A stretch of DNA of 64,000 bases from an uncultured Pseudomonadota bacterium. GTDB taxonomy: Bacteria; Pseudomonadota; Alphaproteobacteria; Rhizobiales; Hyphomicrobiaceae. Below, piece after piece: positions 39,081-49,017 of the stretch. The notes beneath the pieces were generated by a model. That model had not been told where the DNA came from, searched no databases, and was given only the letters and a program-made list of their open reading frames with translations. Location of the stretch: assembly GCA_963789775.1 (NCBI GenBank), contig CAWBLX010000002.1, positions 143,663 through 207,662 of the forward strand. Direction: 5' to 3'. The position numbers and the translations under genes were made by a program. How positions within the stretch are numbered: the stretch's first letter is position 1; every line of letters begins with the position of its first letter.

Positions 39081-40166
39081 GTGAATTGGATCAATAACGT
39101 CGTCCGCCCGAAGATCAGCGGGCTTTTGTCGACGGCGAAGCGCGAGGTTCCGGACAATCTCTGGGTCAAATGTCCGGAGACAGGCCAGATGGTCTTCTAC
39201 AAGGACCTTGAGGCCAACCAGTTCGTCGTGCCGGGTTCGAACTATCACATGCGCATGGGCTCGCAGCAGCGCCTGCAACATTTGTTCGATGACGGCGAAT
39301 ATCGGACCGTTGCAGTCCCGAGCGTGCCGCAGGATCCGCTGAAGTTCCGTGACGGGCGGAAGTATACGGATCGGCTGAGGGACGCCAAGATCGCGACGAA
39401 ACTCGAGGATGCGATCCTCGTCGGCGAAGGCCAGCTCGATGGGCTGCCGATCGTCGCCGCGGCCCAGGACTTTCGCTTCATGGCCGGGTCGCTCGGTATG
39501 GCAGCCGGCGAAGCGATCATTACCGGACTGCTGCGGGCCGTCGAGTTGAAGACCCCGTTCATCCTGTTTGCGGCATCAGGCGGCGCGCGGATGCAGGAAG
39601 GCATCCTGTCACTCATGCAGATGCCGCGCACGACAATCGCGGTTCAACGGCTCCGGGATGCGCGGCTGCCCTATATCGTCGTTCTGACAGATCCAACGAC
39701 GGGCGGCGTGACAGCCTCCTATGCCATGCTTGGCGATATTCATATCGCGGAGCCTGGGGCGCTCATCTGTTTCGCGGGACCGCGCGTCATTCAGCAGACG
39801 ATCCGCGAGCAGCTGCCCGACGGGTTCCAGCGCTCAGAATATCTTCTATCGCACGGCATGGTCGATATGGTCGTGCACCGCCATAAGCTCCGAGAGACGC
39901 TGGCGCGGATCTGCGGTCTGCTCATGAGCGGCGTGCAGGCGACGACGTCAAAAGAAGATACGCGGAAGGTGAATGGCAAACCGTATGTCAACGGTACGTC
40001 CGTAGAGGGCAACGTCATCGAGACGGCGGCGCGCGAAGCGGGCAGCGCAATTGAGCCTGAGGCCGTGCCAAACAGCCAGCGCTTCGATCCGAGCAAGGCC
40101 GAAAAGCCACGGCGCGAAGACGCGAATTCGTCTGCAAATCAAAAAGACGCGCCGCGGAGCGCCTAG
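39081..40166 (+). CDS. accD: Acetyl-CoA carboxylase carboxyltransferase subunit beta
   Basis: GTG at 39081 (GAGGAG 10 nt upstream) gives the typical [13 protein letters not shown]-terminus. Has the [12 protein letters not shown] motif. Carries a charged C-terminal tail of about 60 aa. Confidence 0.9.
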   Translation: MNWINNVVRPKISGLLSTAKREVPDNLWVKCPETGQMVFYKDLEANQFVVPGSNYHMRMGSQQRLQHLFDDGEYRTVAVPSVPQDPLKFRDGRKYTDRLRDAKIATKLEDAILVGEGQLDGLPIVAAAQDFRFMAGSLGMAAGEAIITGLLRAVELKTPFILFAASGGARMQEGILSLMQMPRTTIAVQRLRDARLPYIVVLTDPTTGGVTASYAMLGDIHIAEPGALICFAGPRVIQQTIREQLPDGFQRSEYLLSHGMVDMVVHRHKLRETLARICGLLMSGVQATTSKEDTRKVNGKPYVNGTSVEGNVIETAAREAGSAIEPEAVPNSQRFDPSKAEKPRREDANSSANQKDAPRSA

Positions 40167-40197
40167 GCCTTTTCAAAAACACGCGGGGCAACGGGTT

Positions 40198-41547
40198 ATG
40201 ACCTCGTCAACCACACGACGGACCAGCGACGCGTTACTGGCCGACATGATGCTTTTGCATCCGAAGCTGATCGATTTATCCCTCGGTCGCGTCGAACGTC
40301 TGCTTGCAAAGCTTGGGCATCCCGAAAAGAAGCTGCCGCCTGTCGTTCATATCGCCGGGACCAACGGGAAGGGCTCTGTTACCGCCTATCTTCGGTCGTT
40401 CTCAGAAGCTTCCGGACGGCGCGTTCACATCTATACGTCGCCGCACCTCGTTCATTTCCACGAGCGCATCTCGCTCGCTGGCGAAGACGGAAAATCGCGC
40501 GCGATCGACGAGGATTTTCTTGTCGATGTCCTGACGCGCGTCCATGCCGTCAACGACGGCGACGACATCACGCAATTCGAAATCACGACGGCGGCGGCAT
40601 TTCTGGCTTTTTCCGAGCGGCCAGCCGACGTTTTGCTTCTTGAGGTTGGGCTTGGCGGCCGGCTCGACGCTACGAACGTCATCGATGATCCGGCACTGAC
40701 CATCATTACGCCGATCTCGATGGACCATGCCGAGAAACTCGGGCCGACGCTTGGCAAGATCGCGTTCGAGAAAGCCGGCATCCTGAAGCGCGGCGTCCCC
40801 GGCATCGTCTCGCAGCAATCGGACGATGTGCTCTCGGTGATTGAGGCGCGCGCCCGCGCCGTCGGTGCGCCGCTGCAAGTGTGGGGACGCGATTACGACG
40901 CTTTCGAGCAGGCGGGGCGTTTGGTCTTTCAGCAGGACGACAGGTTGCTCGATTTGCCGCTACCGGCGCTCATCGGACGGCACCAGATCGTCAATGCCGG
41001 TACGGCGGTCGCTGCCATGCTGGTTCTCGGTGAAAAGGTGCCGGCTCTGGCGATCGATGAAGGCGCGATCGAAACCGGACTTCGGACGGTCGAGTGGCCC
41101 GCGCGCATGCAGCACCTGACCTCGGGGCCTCTTCCCGATATTCTCGGAGACGAGGTGGAGCTTTGGCTCGATGGCGGACATAACCCCGCGGCCGGCGATA
41201 TGCTTGCCGATACGCTTGCGATGCTGGACGAAAAATCACCGAAGCCGGTCTATCTCATCGTCGGCATGATGGGCGGCAAGGATGCGCTGGGCTTTCTGGC
41301 GCCGTTTCGAGGTCTCGTCCGCGCTATCTACACGGTGCCAATCCCTGGCGCGCACGAAACACCCCACAGCGAAGAAGATCTCGCCGAGGTCGCTCGCGGG
41401 GCTGGTATGCAAGCGCTGGATCGCAAAAACGTGATTGATGCACTGCACACGATTGCGGGCCTTGCTCCGGGGCCGAAGCGGGTTCTGATCTGCGGATCGC
41501 TTTATCTCGCCGGACACGTGCTTTCCCTTCAGGAAAGCCTAGAATAA
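40198..41547 (+). CDS. folC: Bifunctional folylpolyglutamate synthase / dihydrofolate synthase
   Basis: Start taken at the MTSSTTRR.. ATG at 40198. P-loop HIAGTNGKGS, and the rest is typical of the Mur-ligase family. Confidence 0.9.
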   Translation: MTSSTTRRTSDALLADMMLLHPKLIDLSLGRVERLLAKLGHPEKKLPPVVHIAGTNGKGSVTAYLRSFSEASGRRVHIYTSPHLVHFHERISLAGEDGKSRAIDEDFLVDVLTRVHAVNDGDDITQFEITTAAAFLAFSERPADVLLLEVGLGGRLDATNVIDDPALTIITPISMDHAEKLGPTLGKIAFEKAGILKRGVPGIVSQQSDDVLSVIEARARAVGAPLQVWGRDYDAFEQAGRLVFQQDDRLLDLPLPALIGRHQIVNAGTAVAAMLVLGEKVPALAIDEGAIETGLRTVEWPARMQHLTSGPLPDILGDEVELWLDGGHNPAAGDMLADTLAMLDEKSPKPVYLIVGMMGGKDALGFLAPFRGLVRAIYTVPIPGAHETPHSEEDLAEVARGAGMQALDRKNVIDALHTIAGLAPGPKRVLICGSLYLAGHVLSLQESLE

Positions 41548-41799
41548 GCTCAATGGCGGGCGGCCTATGCCGTCTTTGTGCCAAGTCAAAGCGGATGCTC
41601 GAGATCGGACCTTTCTACGCTTTGGACTGTCCTGAAATGCCCTAGGTTAACATGGCTATATCGGTTCGGAATTCCCGGACCGCATACCACCCCCTGCTAA
41701 GGAACGATAGCGGAGCCCTGGACCCGACGCGCACACGCGATAAAAAACACCACCAAGCAAGAGGACGCCGGTCAGGCGCCCATTCGGAGGAGATGAAAC

Positions 41800-43320
41800 A
41801 TGCAACACGTTGCTATGGACAAACTGAAAGGCCGGCAGGTCATCAAGTCGCGCTATGACAATTTCATCGGCGGTAAGTGGGTTGCGCCCGTCCGCGGCCA
41901 ATACTTCTCCAATGTTACGCCGATCACGGGGCAGCAAGTTTGCGAGATCGCACGCTCGACGGCCGAGGATATCGAACTCGCTCTCGATGCCGCGCATAAG
42001 GCGCGCGAGTTCTGGGGGAAGACATCGCCGGCGGCGCGCGCTCGCGTACTGGCGAAAATTGCTAACCGGATGGAAGAAAACCTCGACGTCCTGGCTCTCG
42101 TCGAAACGATCGACAACGGCAAGCCGATCCGCGAAACGACCCATGCCGATCTTCCTCTCGCCATCGATCACTTCCGCTATTTCGCGGGCTGCATCCGCGC
42201 GCAGGAAGGTTCGATTGCCGAGATCGATCACGACACGGTCGCCTATCATTTCCATGAGCCGCTTGGCGTCGTCGGGCAGATCATTCCGTGGAACTTCCCG
42301 CTGCTTATGGCCGTCTGGAAGCTCGCGCCTGCGATTGCGGCCGGCAACTGCGTGGTCCTGAAGCCTGCCGAGCAGACGCCGATGTCGATCATGGTCCTGA
42401 TGGACTTGATCGCCGATATCCTTCCGGAAGGCGTCATCAACGTCGTCAACGGTTTCGGCGTTGAAGCGGGCAAGCCGCTCGCCCAGAACAAGCGCATCGC
42501 AAAGATCGCGTTCACGGGTGAGACGACGACGGGCCGTCTCATTATGCAGTACGCGTCCGAGAACATTATTCCTTGCACGCTGGAGCTTGGCGGCAAGTCG
42601 CCCAACATCTTCTTCGCCGACGTCATGGACGCCGACGATGAATACTTCGACAAGTGCCTCGAAGGCTTCACGATGTTCGCTTTGAACCAGGGTGAAGTCT
42701 GCACCTGTCCGAGCCGCGCGCTCATCCAGCGTTCGATCTATGAGAAGTTCATGGCGCGGGCCTTGGAGCGCGTCGTGAAGGTGAAGCAGGGCCATCCTCT
42801 CGATGCCACGACGATGATCGGCGCGCAGGCGTCGAACGATCAGCTCGAGAAGATCTTGAGCTACATCGAAATCGGCAAGGGTGAGGGCGCTCGCGTCCTG
42901 ACCGGCGGCCATCGCGCCAACCTCGGTGGTGAACTTGCCGGCGGTTACTACGTCGAGCCCACAGTGCTCGAAGGCCATAACAAGATGCGCGTCTTCCAGG
43001 AGGAAATCTTCGGGCCTGTGGTTTCGGTCACGACGTTCGAAGACGATGCGGAAGCGCTCGCGATCGCCAACGATACGCTCTATGGCCTGGGCTCCGGTGT
43101 TTGGACCCGCGACGGTACGCGCGCGTATCGCATGGGCCGTGGCATCCAGGCCGGCCGCGTGTGGACCAACTGCTATCACGCCTATCCGGCGCACGCTGCG
43201 TTCGGCGGTTACAAGCAGTCGGGTATCGGCCGCGAGACGCACAAGATGATGCTCGACCACTATCAGCAGACGAAGAACATGCTCGTCAGCTACAGCCCGA
43301 AGGCGCTCGGCTTCTTCTGA
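41800..43320 (+). CDS. NAD-dependent aldehyde dehydrogenase (AcoD/ExaC-like)
   Basis: 506 aa with motifs [27 protein letters not shown] and the catalytic Cys context [19 protein letters not shown] upstream. Confidence 0.95.
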   Translation: MQHVAMDKLKGRQVIKSRYDNFIGGKWVAPVRGQYFSNVTPITGQQVCEIARSTAEDIELALDAAHKAREFWGKTSPAARARVLAKIANRMEENLDVLALVETIDNGKPIRETTHADLPLAIDHFRYFAGCIRAQEGSIAEIDHDTVAYHFHEPLGVVGQIIPWNFPLLMAVWKLAPAIAAGNCVVLKPAEQTPMSIMVLMDLIADILPEGVINVVNGFGVEAGKPLAQNKRIAKIAFTGETTTGRLIMQYASENIIPCTLELGGKSPNIFFADVMDADDEYFDKCLEGFTMFALNQGEVCTCPSRALIQRSIYEKFMARALERVVKVKQGHPLDATTMIGAQASNDQLEKILSYIEIGKGEGARVLTGGHRANLGGELAGGYYVEPTVLEGHNKMRVFQEEIFGPVVSVTTFEDDAEALAIANDTLYGLGSGVWTRDGTRAYRMGRGIQAGRVWTNCYHAYPAHAAFGGYKQSGIGRETHKMMLDHYQQTKNMLVSYSPKALGFF

Positions 43321-43449
43321 GGCCTGTGCCTTTCTGAGTTCTGGCGGGGCGCATTCCGGAAACGGAGGCGCCCCGCTTTCGTCTTGCCTCTTAAATTGGC
43401 GGGGAGGGATGCGCATATTCGTTTGCAACCGCAACGAGGTGAGGTCCGG

Positions 43450-43815
43450 ATGACCCCGGTGCAAATCTCGGCCACTCCGGATGCGTGTGCCGCATTGCTT
43501 CGCGCGACCGAAGAACATGGGCCGCTCATGTTTCATACGAGCGGAGGCCGTGTCGGTGGCCGGCAGTATCCAATCTGCCTGCCCGCAAATGACTTGCGGC
43601 TCGGCGTGCGCGATCACTTGCTTGGCGAGGTCGAAGGTGTGCCCATCTACGAGATGGAGGATCGCGAGAGCGGCGTCACCTGCCGGGCTCAATCGTACGT
43701 TCTCGACGTTTCGCCCGGCCCTGCTATCGGCTTCTCGATTGCCGCGGCGCCGGGGAAGCGGTTCTCGTTGATGCCGGTCGCTGGTGAGAGTTGTTCTGGC
43801 GGGGCCGAGACGTAA
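43450..43815 (+). CDS. DUF779-like protein, divergent copy (Cys-Cys motif lost)
   Basis: 121 aa from the ATG at 43450 within ORF 43384..43815. It is colinear with the next gene (EEHGPLMFHTSGG ... VPIY ...), but the SGGCCDGS..PMCYP motif reads SGGRVGGRQYPICLP. Confidence 0.6.
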   Translation: MTPVQISATPDACAALLRATEEHGPLMFHTSGGRVGGRQYPICLPANDLRLGVRDHLLGEVEGVPIYEMEDRESGVTCRAQSYVLDVSPGPAIGFSIAAAPGKRFSLMPVAGESCSGGAET

Positions 43816-43856
43816 AAATCTTCAAATAGAACGCGCTACCAAAGCGGAGGAACTCG

Positions 43857-44285
43857 ATGACCATCGCAACGCCGGAAAAATTGAACACAAAGGTCACGCG
43901 GGTCTCGTGTACCCAGGCCGCGCTCGATCTCATTGAGAAACTTATCGGGATTCATGGGCCGCTGCTTTTTCACCAGTCGGGCGGCTGTTGCGATGGCTCG
44001 GCGCCGATGTGCTATCCGCGCGGCGACTTCAAGGTCGGGGCGCAGGACGTCTACATGGGCGAGATCGGCGGTCAACCCTTCTATATCGGCCGGTCGCAAT
44101 TCGAATATTGGCAACATACTCATCTTGTCATCGACGTGGTGCCGGGACGGGGCTCGGGCTTTTCGGTCGAGAGTCCGGAAGGCGTGCGGTTCCTCACGCG
44201 TTCGCGCATTTACACGGATGCGGAGAACGATGCGCTCGATGCGCTTGGTCCGCCGCCCACGGGCGCGGAACACCCGCCGGTTTGA
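43857..44285 (+). CDS. DUF779 domain-containing protein (canonical copy)
   Basis: 142 aa with GPLLFHQSGGCCDGSAPMCYPRGDF ... FEYWQHTHLVIDVVPGRGSGFS. DUF779 genes typically follow aldehyde dehydrogenase genes. Confidence 0.85.
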   Translation: MTIATPEKLNTKVTRVSCTQAALDLIEKLIGIHGPLLFHQSGGCCDGSAPMCYPRGDFKVGAQDVYMGEIGGQPFYIGRSQFEYWQHTHLVIDVVPGRGSGFSVESPEGVRFLTRSRIYTDAENDALDALGPPPTGAEHPPV

Positions 44286-44319
44286 GGCCATAGATCAAAT
44301 CATAAAAAGGAGAAGGCCG

Positions 44320-44919
44320 ATGCCGGTTTCACGAACACTACGCGACATCACCGGGCTTGGTAACACACCTGCGAGCGTCGGAAACTCAGCGCTCATTCTG
44401 ATCGACTGCCAGAACACATATCGCGAAGGCGTGATGCAGCTCGAAGGTGTCGAGCCGGCGCTCGTCGAATGCCAGGCGCTTTTGAAACGCTATCGCGATG
44501 CCGGGCGGCCCGTGATTCACATCCAGCATGACGCCGGTGCCGGCTCACCCTACGATGTTCGCGGCCGCATCGGTGCGATCGCGGATGTCGTTGCGCCCAA
44601 CGCGGGAGAGCCTGTCGTCGTCAAGACTTATCCGAGCTCATTCGAGAAGACGAACCTTGACGATCTGCTCAAGGGACTGGGCGTTCAGGACCTGACGCTC
44701 GCCGGATTCATGACGCACGTCTGCGTAAATTCGACGGCGCGCGCCGCCTTCAATCACGGCTATCGTGCGACGGTCGTCGGCGATGCCACGGCGACACGAT
44801 CGCTTCCTAATCCGTCAGGCGGTGCCGTTTCGGCTAAGGAGCTGCACGAGGCGAGCTTGGCGGCGCTCAACGATATCTTCGCTGTTGTCGTGCCGACGAC
44901 GGATAAACTCACCGACTAA
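44320..44919 (+). CDS. Isochorismatase-family cysteine hydrolase
   Basis: 199 aa from the ATG at 44320 (AAGGAGAAGG upstream). Has ALILIDCQN and LTLAGFMTHVCVNSTARAA, which contains the catalytic Cys context. Confidence 0.8.
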   Translation: MPVSRTLRDITGLGNTPASVGNSALILIDCQNTYREGVMQLEGVEPALVECQALLKRYRDAGRPVIHIQHDAGAGSPYDVRGRIGAIADVVAPNAGEPVVVKTYPSSFEKTNLDDLLKGLGVQDLTLAGFMTHVCVNSTARAAFNHGYRATVVGDATATRSLPNPSGGAVSAKELHEASLAALNDIFAVVVPTTDKLTD

Positions 44920-44949
44920 GGTCGACGCCTCGCTTCTCTGCTGAAAATA

Positions 44950-44977
44950 AAAAGCCCCGCATGAAGCGGGGCTTTTC
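44950..44977. terminator. Bidirectional rho-independent terminator
   Basis: AAAAGCCCCGC-ATGAA-GCGGGGCTTTT lies between the convergent stops at 44919 (+) and 45000 (-). Confidence 0.75.
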
Positions 44978-44999
44978 GTATCTTGAATTCGGCTGCGCC

Positions 45000-45332
45000 T
45001 TAGACGGACGCCGCGACGCTCGAATTGATCCAGTCTTCGAGCTTCTTCTTCTGGACGATTGCGCCAGTGTGCTGCGCCGCAACCTTGCCGCCCTTGAAGA
45101 TCAGCAGCGTCGGCATGGCACGAATGCCGTAATGACCGGTCACCTGCGGATTCTCGTCGACATCGAGTTTGACGACTTTGACCTTGCCGGTCATTTCCTT
45201 GGCAACTTGGTCGAGAGCCGGCGCCATGGCCTTGCACGGGCCGCACCACTGGGCGTGGAAGTCAACGAGCACCGGCTCGCTGGACTTCAAAACTTCGTCT
45301 TCGAAGCTGGCATCTGTCACTGCGTTAGACAT
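45000..45332 (-). CDS. trxA: Thioredoxin
   Basis: 110 aa with active site WCGPCK. Confidence 0.95.
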   Translation of the reverse strand: MSNAVTDASFEDEVLKSSEPVLVDFHAQWCGPCKAMAPALDQVAKEMTGKVKVVKLDVDENPQVTGHYGIRAMPTLLIFKGGKVAAQHTGAIVQKKKLEDWINSSVAASV

Positions 45333-45429
45333 TGATTATTCTCCGTTTCCGGGCTGGGTTAGATCGGCCGAGCCCGTTTGCCGCGGTTGCGCGCAATAAG
45401 AAAAACCGACCCAAGAAGTAGGGATTGGC

Positions 45430-48400
45430 TCAAACAGCGTCAAGGCTCCCGAAATCGAGGTCCCAGAGGCGGCCGGTGTAGTCGTCCAGGACGTTAGTCG
45501 GAATTTCCATGAGTCGCGGCCCATCCGTCCAGAGGAGTGCGGCGCGAATGGCTTTTCCAGAATGGATTTCTCCGAGCGCGAGGCGGTACGCCGCGAGTTG
45601 GTAAAGATAGGCGTCTGCAACCTGATGGACGTCGAAAGGCGGTGGCCGATTCGTTTTGTAATCGACAATCAGGACTTCGGTATCCGTGATCGCAATACGG
45701 TCGATCTGGCCCGAGAGATCGAGCGCCGGTCCCTTGCCGGACGGGCGCGGTATGACGGCAGCGAGGGGGGCTTCCGCGACGCTTTTGGGGCCGAAGATTG
45801 CGGCGAAGGCCGGGTCTTGCAAAACACCGAGCGTTTCTTTGACGATGCTTGCGCGGATCTTCGGCGGTAACGCCGCGCCGCGCCGCTCGACAAAAGCCTT
45901 GGCAATTTCCGCGCGGAGGTTTTCGTCGATCGATGGCAGATGCTGGAGAAGCGCGTGCGTGATCGTGCCTCTGAGAAAACGATTGGCGCCGCCGACCGAG
46001 AGCGGTGAGGGGCTGTCGTTCGTTGCGGCCCTGTCGGGCTTCTGAAGGGCAGTTGGCTCGCCTTCGGCGTCGGGCGCATAGGGTTCGAGGCGCGAGGGCG
46101 CGAGGGGCACCGAGAGCTTCGGCTCTACCGGCGCGCGGGTCCTTGCGAACTCGGGTCGTGTACGTGCTTCGCGTTCCGCGCCCTTTTCGCGCTTCGGCTT
46201 TTCGGGAACGGAGATTTGCGGTGCTTCCGCGCGCCGGATTTTTTTGCCGTTTCCGAGATCGATTTCCGGCATGGACGGCGTCAGCGCGTCGGAAATAACC
46301 TCATACCAGCAGCCGGTCGCGCGACCGCGCTTGCTTTCGAAGCCCGCGACGTAGAGCCGATCTCTGGCGCGCGTCATCGCGACGTAGAGAAGGCGATTGC
46401 GCTCGGCGGTATCGCGCGCGTCCTTGGCCGTGCGAGCGTTCGCAACAGCGGGGACGCGGGAGGTCCCTTTGACGGTCCATACGATCGGTTCGGCGAGGCC
46501 GGCAGGGCGCGGCAGATCGCCAAGCTTTACGAGGCGCGAAGAGGCGTCTTCTCCGGAGGCCGTGGTGCATGTGTCCGGCAGGAAGACGATCGGCGCTTCG
46601 AGGCCTTTCGCGCCGTGCACGGTCATGACGCGGACTTCGTCGCGACCGTGATCCATATCGCGCTTGATCTCGGGGTTCGCGGCGCGAAGTCTCGCGAGGA
46701 ACTGCGTCAACGACGGTGGATCGCTTTCATCGTAGGACAGCGCGAGGTCGAGAAATTCGTCGATGACGTCGGCCGCTTCCGGGCCAAGGCGGTTGAGCAT
46801 CTTCTCGCGCATGCCGTCGCGGTCGAGAATGCCCGAGAAGAACTCGAAAGGCGGCGCAAAGTCGGCTTTGGCGCGCCAGCGCTTCAGGGTCTCGGCGGCG
46901 AACGTGAATTCGGGCTTCGCACCGGCCTTTTCGATAAGTGCTTTCCAGAGCGTCTTTTGCCCGCGCCCATAAGCGATATCGAGAAGATCGTGATCGTCGA
47001 GATTGAAAAGCGGTCCCTTCAGCACGGTCGCGAGCGCCAGATCGTCTTCGGGCAACGTCAGGAAATCGCCGAGCACCATGAGGTCCTGCACGGCGATCTG
47101 ATCGGTGAGCTTGATCCGGTCGGAACCTGCGACGGCGATGCCGCGCCGCTTCAGGGCAGCGACCATCGGCACAGCGAATGGATTGCGCTTTCGCACGAGG
47201 ATCAGGATATCTCCGGGGCGTATCGGGCGGTTTTCGGAAAGCAGATGCTCGCCGCCGTCGATCCAGGATTTTATGGTCTCGGCGATGCGATCGGCGAGAC
47301 GGTTGGCGGGCGATTGCTCTTTCGTATCGGACAGCGGCTGCCAAGGGTCGGCGGCGGCTGCGTCGTCCCACTTTTCGGTCTCCCAGATTTCGACAAGACC
47401 TGCGTGTCCGATGCGGTTGGCGACGTGCTCGATGCTGGCGTTGCCCGCCGTCAAGCCCGGCGTCCGTTCGGGATCGCGAAAGACGCGATCGACGCTGGCA
47501 AGGACGGTCGCAACGGTCCGGAACGAGAGCGTGAGCGGCACGCGCTTCCAGGTGCGCTGGGCGTGCGTCGCAAGATCGGCGAAGCGCTGGCCCATGGCCG
47601 CAAACATTTCTGGTGCCGCGCCCTGGAATGAGTAGATCGATTGCTTTTCATCGCCGACGGCGAAGACGGTGCGGGTCACGGTGCCCGCCCCGACGTCGGA
47701 GAAGAACTCGCGGGCCAGCTCGGAGATGATGTCCCACTGCTCGGGGCTGGTGTCCTGCGCCTCGTCGACGAGAATGTGGTCGAGGCCGCCGTCGAGCTTG
47801 AACAGCACCCATTGTGCCTGCCCGTTCTCGCTCGTCAGCAGATCTCGGGTTTTCAGAATGAGATCGTCGAAATCGAGGGCGCCCGCGGAATTCCGGGCGG
47901 CCGCGTAATGCCTCAGGACGTGGCCGGCGAGCTGATAGAGCGCGAGTGAAGATTCAACGAGGGTCAGTGCGCGCATTTCTTGCGAGAACTTGAAAAAGTT
48001 CTCCTGGGCTCGCTGGCAGCGGTCGTGAAGGCCTGGACTGGCTTGAACGAGTGCTTTCGTCATCAGGCTCTTGCGTGTCGCTTCGCCTTTCTCAATGAGA
48101 AAGTAGTCGCCGAGGATATCCGACCTGCGGCGATGATCGAGGTCGGCGAGGGCGGCGGAAAGTTTTGTGGCGTGGCCGATATCCGTTTTACCGCCGGTCG
48201 CAAGCAAGGCGCTAAGCTCGCGAAGATCGCTTTCAGAAAGGACGCTGGCGCAGTCGCTGTGGAGGTCCGCGACTGCGACGCTCGCACGCACGCCGAGCTG
48301 TTGGCGCAGGAAGGTCTCCATCGCCCTCAGCTCGTCCACAAACTCGCGCGGGGTGATGTGCGCCGTCGCTTCGAGCCATTTTCGTTCCTCGACCGCTTTC

Positions 48401-49017
48401 GAGATGAGCTGATCGAATTGGGAATCGGCGGCGTAGCGAATGATGACGTCGAGCGCCTTTCCGAGAAGCGATTTCGGTGCGCTCGTCGCCGACGTCAACG
48501 TCGCTTCGATCGCGTGGGCCTTGAGATCGCGCGCAGCGGTATCGTCGAGAATTTTGAAGTCCGGCGGAACACCGGCTTCGAGCGGGAAGCGTTGCAAGAG
48601 CCGCTCGGCGAACGCGTGGATCGTCTGGACTTTGAGGCCACCCGGCGTTTCGATGGCATGGGCGAAGAGCCTGCGGGCAAGCTCCGTCAGATCTTTCGTC
48701 ACAGGTGCGTCAGTGACTTCGGAAAGATCTTTGCGAAGTGCGGTCTCGTCCATCGTCACCCAGCCCGCAAGGCGGTCGAAGACGCGCTTCGACATCTCCG
48801 CGGCGGCGGCTTTCGTGAAGGTGAGGCATAGGATGCGCTCGGGCCGTGTTCCGGCGAGCAGCAGGCGGAGGACGCGCAGCGTCAGCACGTGCGTCTTGCC
48901 GGTTCCGGCGTTGGCATTTACCCAAGCGGAATTCTGTGGATTGGAGGCGGTGCTCTGCGCGCGGTTGGTATCGCGGCGGATGTCCTCCGGAGAGGCTTTT
49001 TTGAGTTCAAGGTTCAT
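45430..49017 (-). CDS. addA: Double-strand break repair helicase AddA
   Basis: UvrD-like motifs (ANAGTGKTHVLT, ILVDEAQDTSP) and a C-terminal PD-(D/E)xK nuclease region (IVDYKTN). Start taken at the ATG at 49017, which forms an ATGA overlap with the addB stop. The ORF track extends to 49050. Confidence 0.9.
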   Translation of the reverse strand: MNLELKKASPEDIRRDTNRAQSTASNPQNSAWVNANAGTGKTHVLTLRVLRLLLAGTRPERILCLTFTKAAAAEMSKRVFDRLAGWVTMDETALRKDLSEVTDAPVTKDLTELARRLFAHAIETPGGLKVQTIHAFAERLLQRFPLEAGVPPDFKILDDTAARDLKAHAIEATLTSATSAPKSLLGKALDVIIRYAADSQFDQLISKAVEERKWLEATAHITPREFVDELRAMETFLRQQLGVRASVAVADLHSDCASVLSESDLRELSALLATGGKTDIGHATKLSAALADLDHRRRSDILGDYFLIEKGEATRKSLMTKALVQASPGLHDRCQRAQENFFKFSQEMRALTLVESSLALYQLAGHVLRHYAAARNSAGALDFDDLILKTRDLLTSENGQAQWVLFKLDGGLDHILVDEAQDTSPEQWDIISELAREFFSDVGAGTVTRTVFAVGDEKQSIYSFQGAAPEMFAAMGQRFADLATHAQRTWKRVPLTLSFRTVATVLASVDRVFRDPERTPGLTAGNASIEHVANRIGHAGLVEIWETEKWDDAAAADPWQPLSDTKEQSPANRLADRIAETIKSWIDGGEHLLSENRPIRPGDILILVRKRNPFAVPMVAALKRRGIAVAGSDRIKLTDQIAVQDLMVLGDFLTLPEDDLALATVLKGPLFNLDDHDLLDIAYGRGQKTLWKALIEKAGAKPEFTFAAETLKRWRAKADFAPPFEFFSGILDRDGMREKMLNRLGPEAADVIDEFLDLALSYDESDPPSLTQFLARLRAANPEIKRDMDHGRDEVRVMTVHGAKGLEAPIVFLPDTCTTASGEDASSRLVKLGDLPRPAGLAEPIVWTVKGTSRVPAVANARTAKDARDTAERNRLLYVAMTRARDRLYVAGFESKRGRATGCWYEVISDALTPSMPEIDLGNGKKIRRAEAPQISVPEKPKREKGAEREARTRPEFARTRAPVEPKLSVPLAPSRLEPYAPDAEGEPTALQKPDRAATNDSPSPLSVGGANRFLRGTITHALLQHLPSIDENLRAEIAKAFVERRGAALPPKIRASIVKETLGVLQDPAFAAIFGPKSVAEAPLAAVIPRPSGKGPALDLSGQIDRIAITDTEVLIVDYKTNRPPPFDVHQVADAYLYQLAAYRLALGEIHSGKAIRAALLWTDGPRLMEIPTNVLDDYTGRLWDLDFGSLDAV

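Noticed and set aside
41719-41733. TGGACC-N5-CGCA upstream of the aldehyde dehydrogenase, considered as a sigma-54 (-24/-12) promoter.
   Set aside because: The -12 element is CGCA rather than TTGC(A/T), and no enhancer-binding-protein gene is adjacent. The match is too weak.
41656-43692. 678-aa ORF on the minus strand, the longest unexplained ORF in the track.
   Set aside because: It lies exactly antisense to the well-supported aldehyde dehydrogenase and first DUF779 genes. Its translation is Arg/Ala/Leu/Asp-rich with no recognisable motif, start context or RBS. This is the typical stop-codon-poor antisense frame of high-GC DNA.
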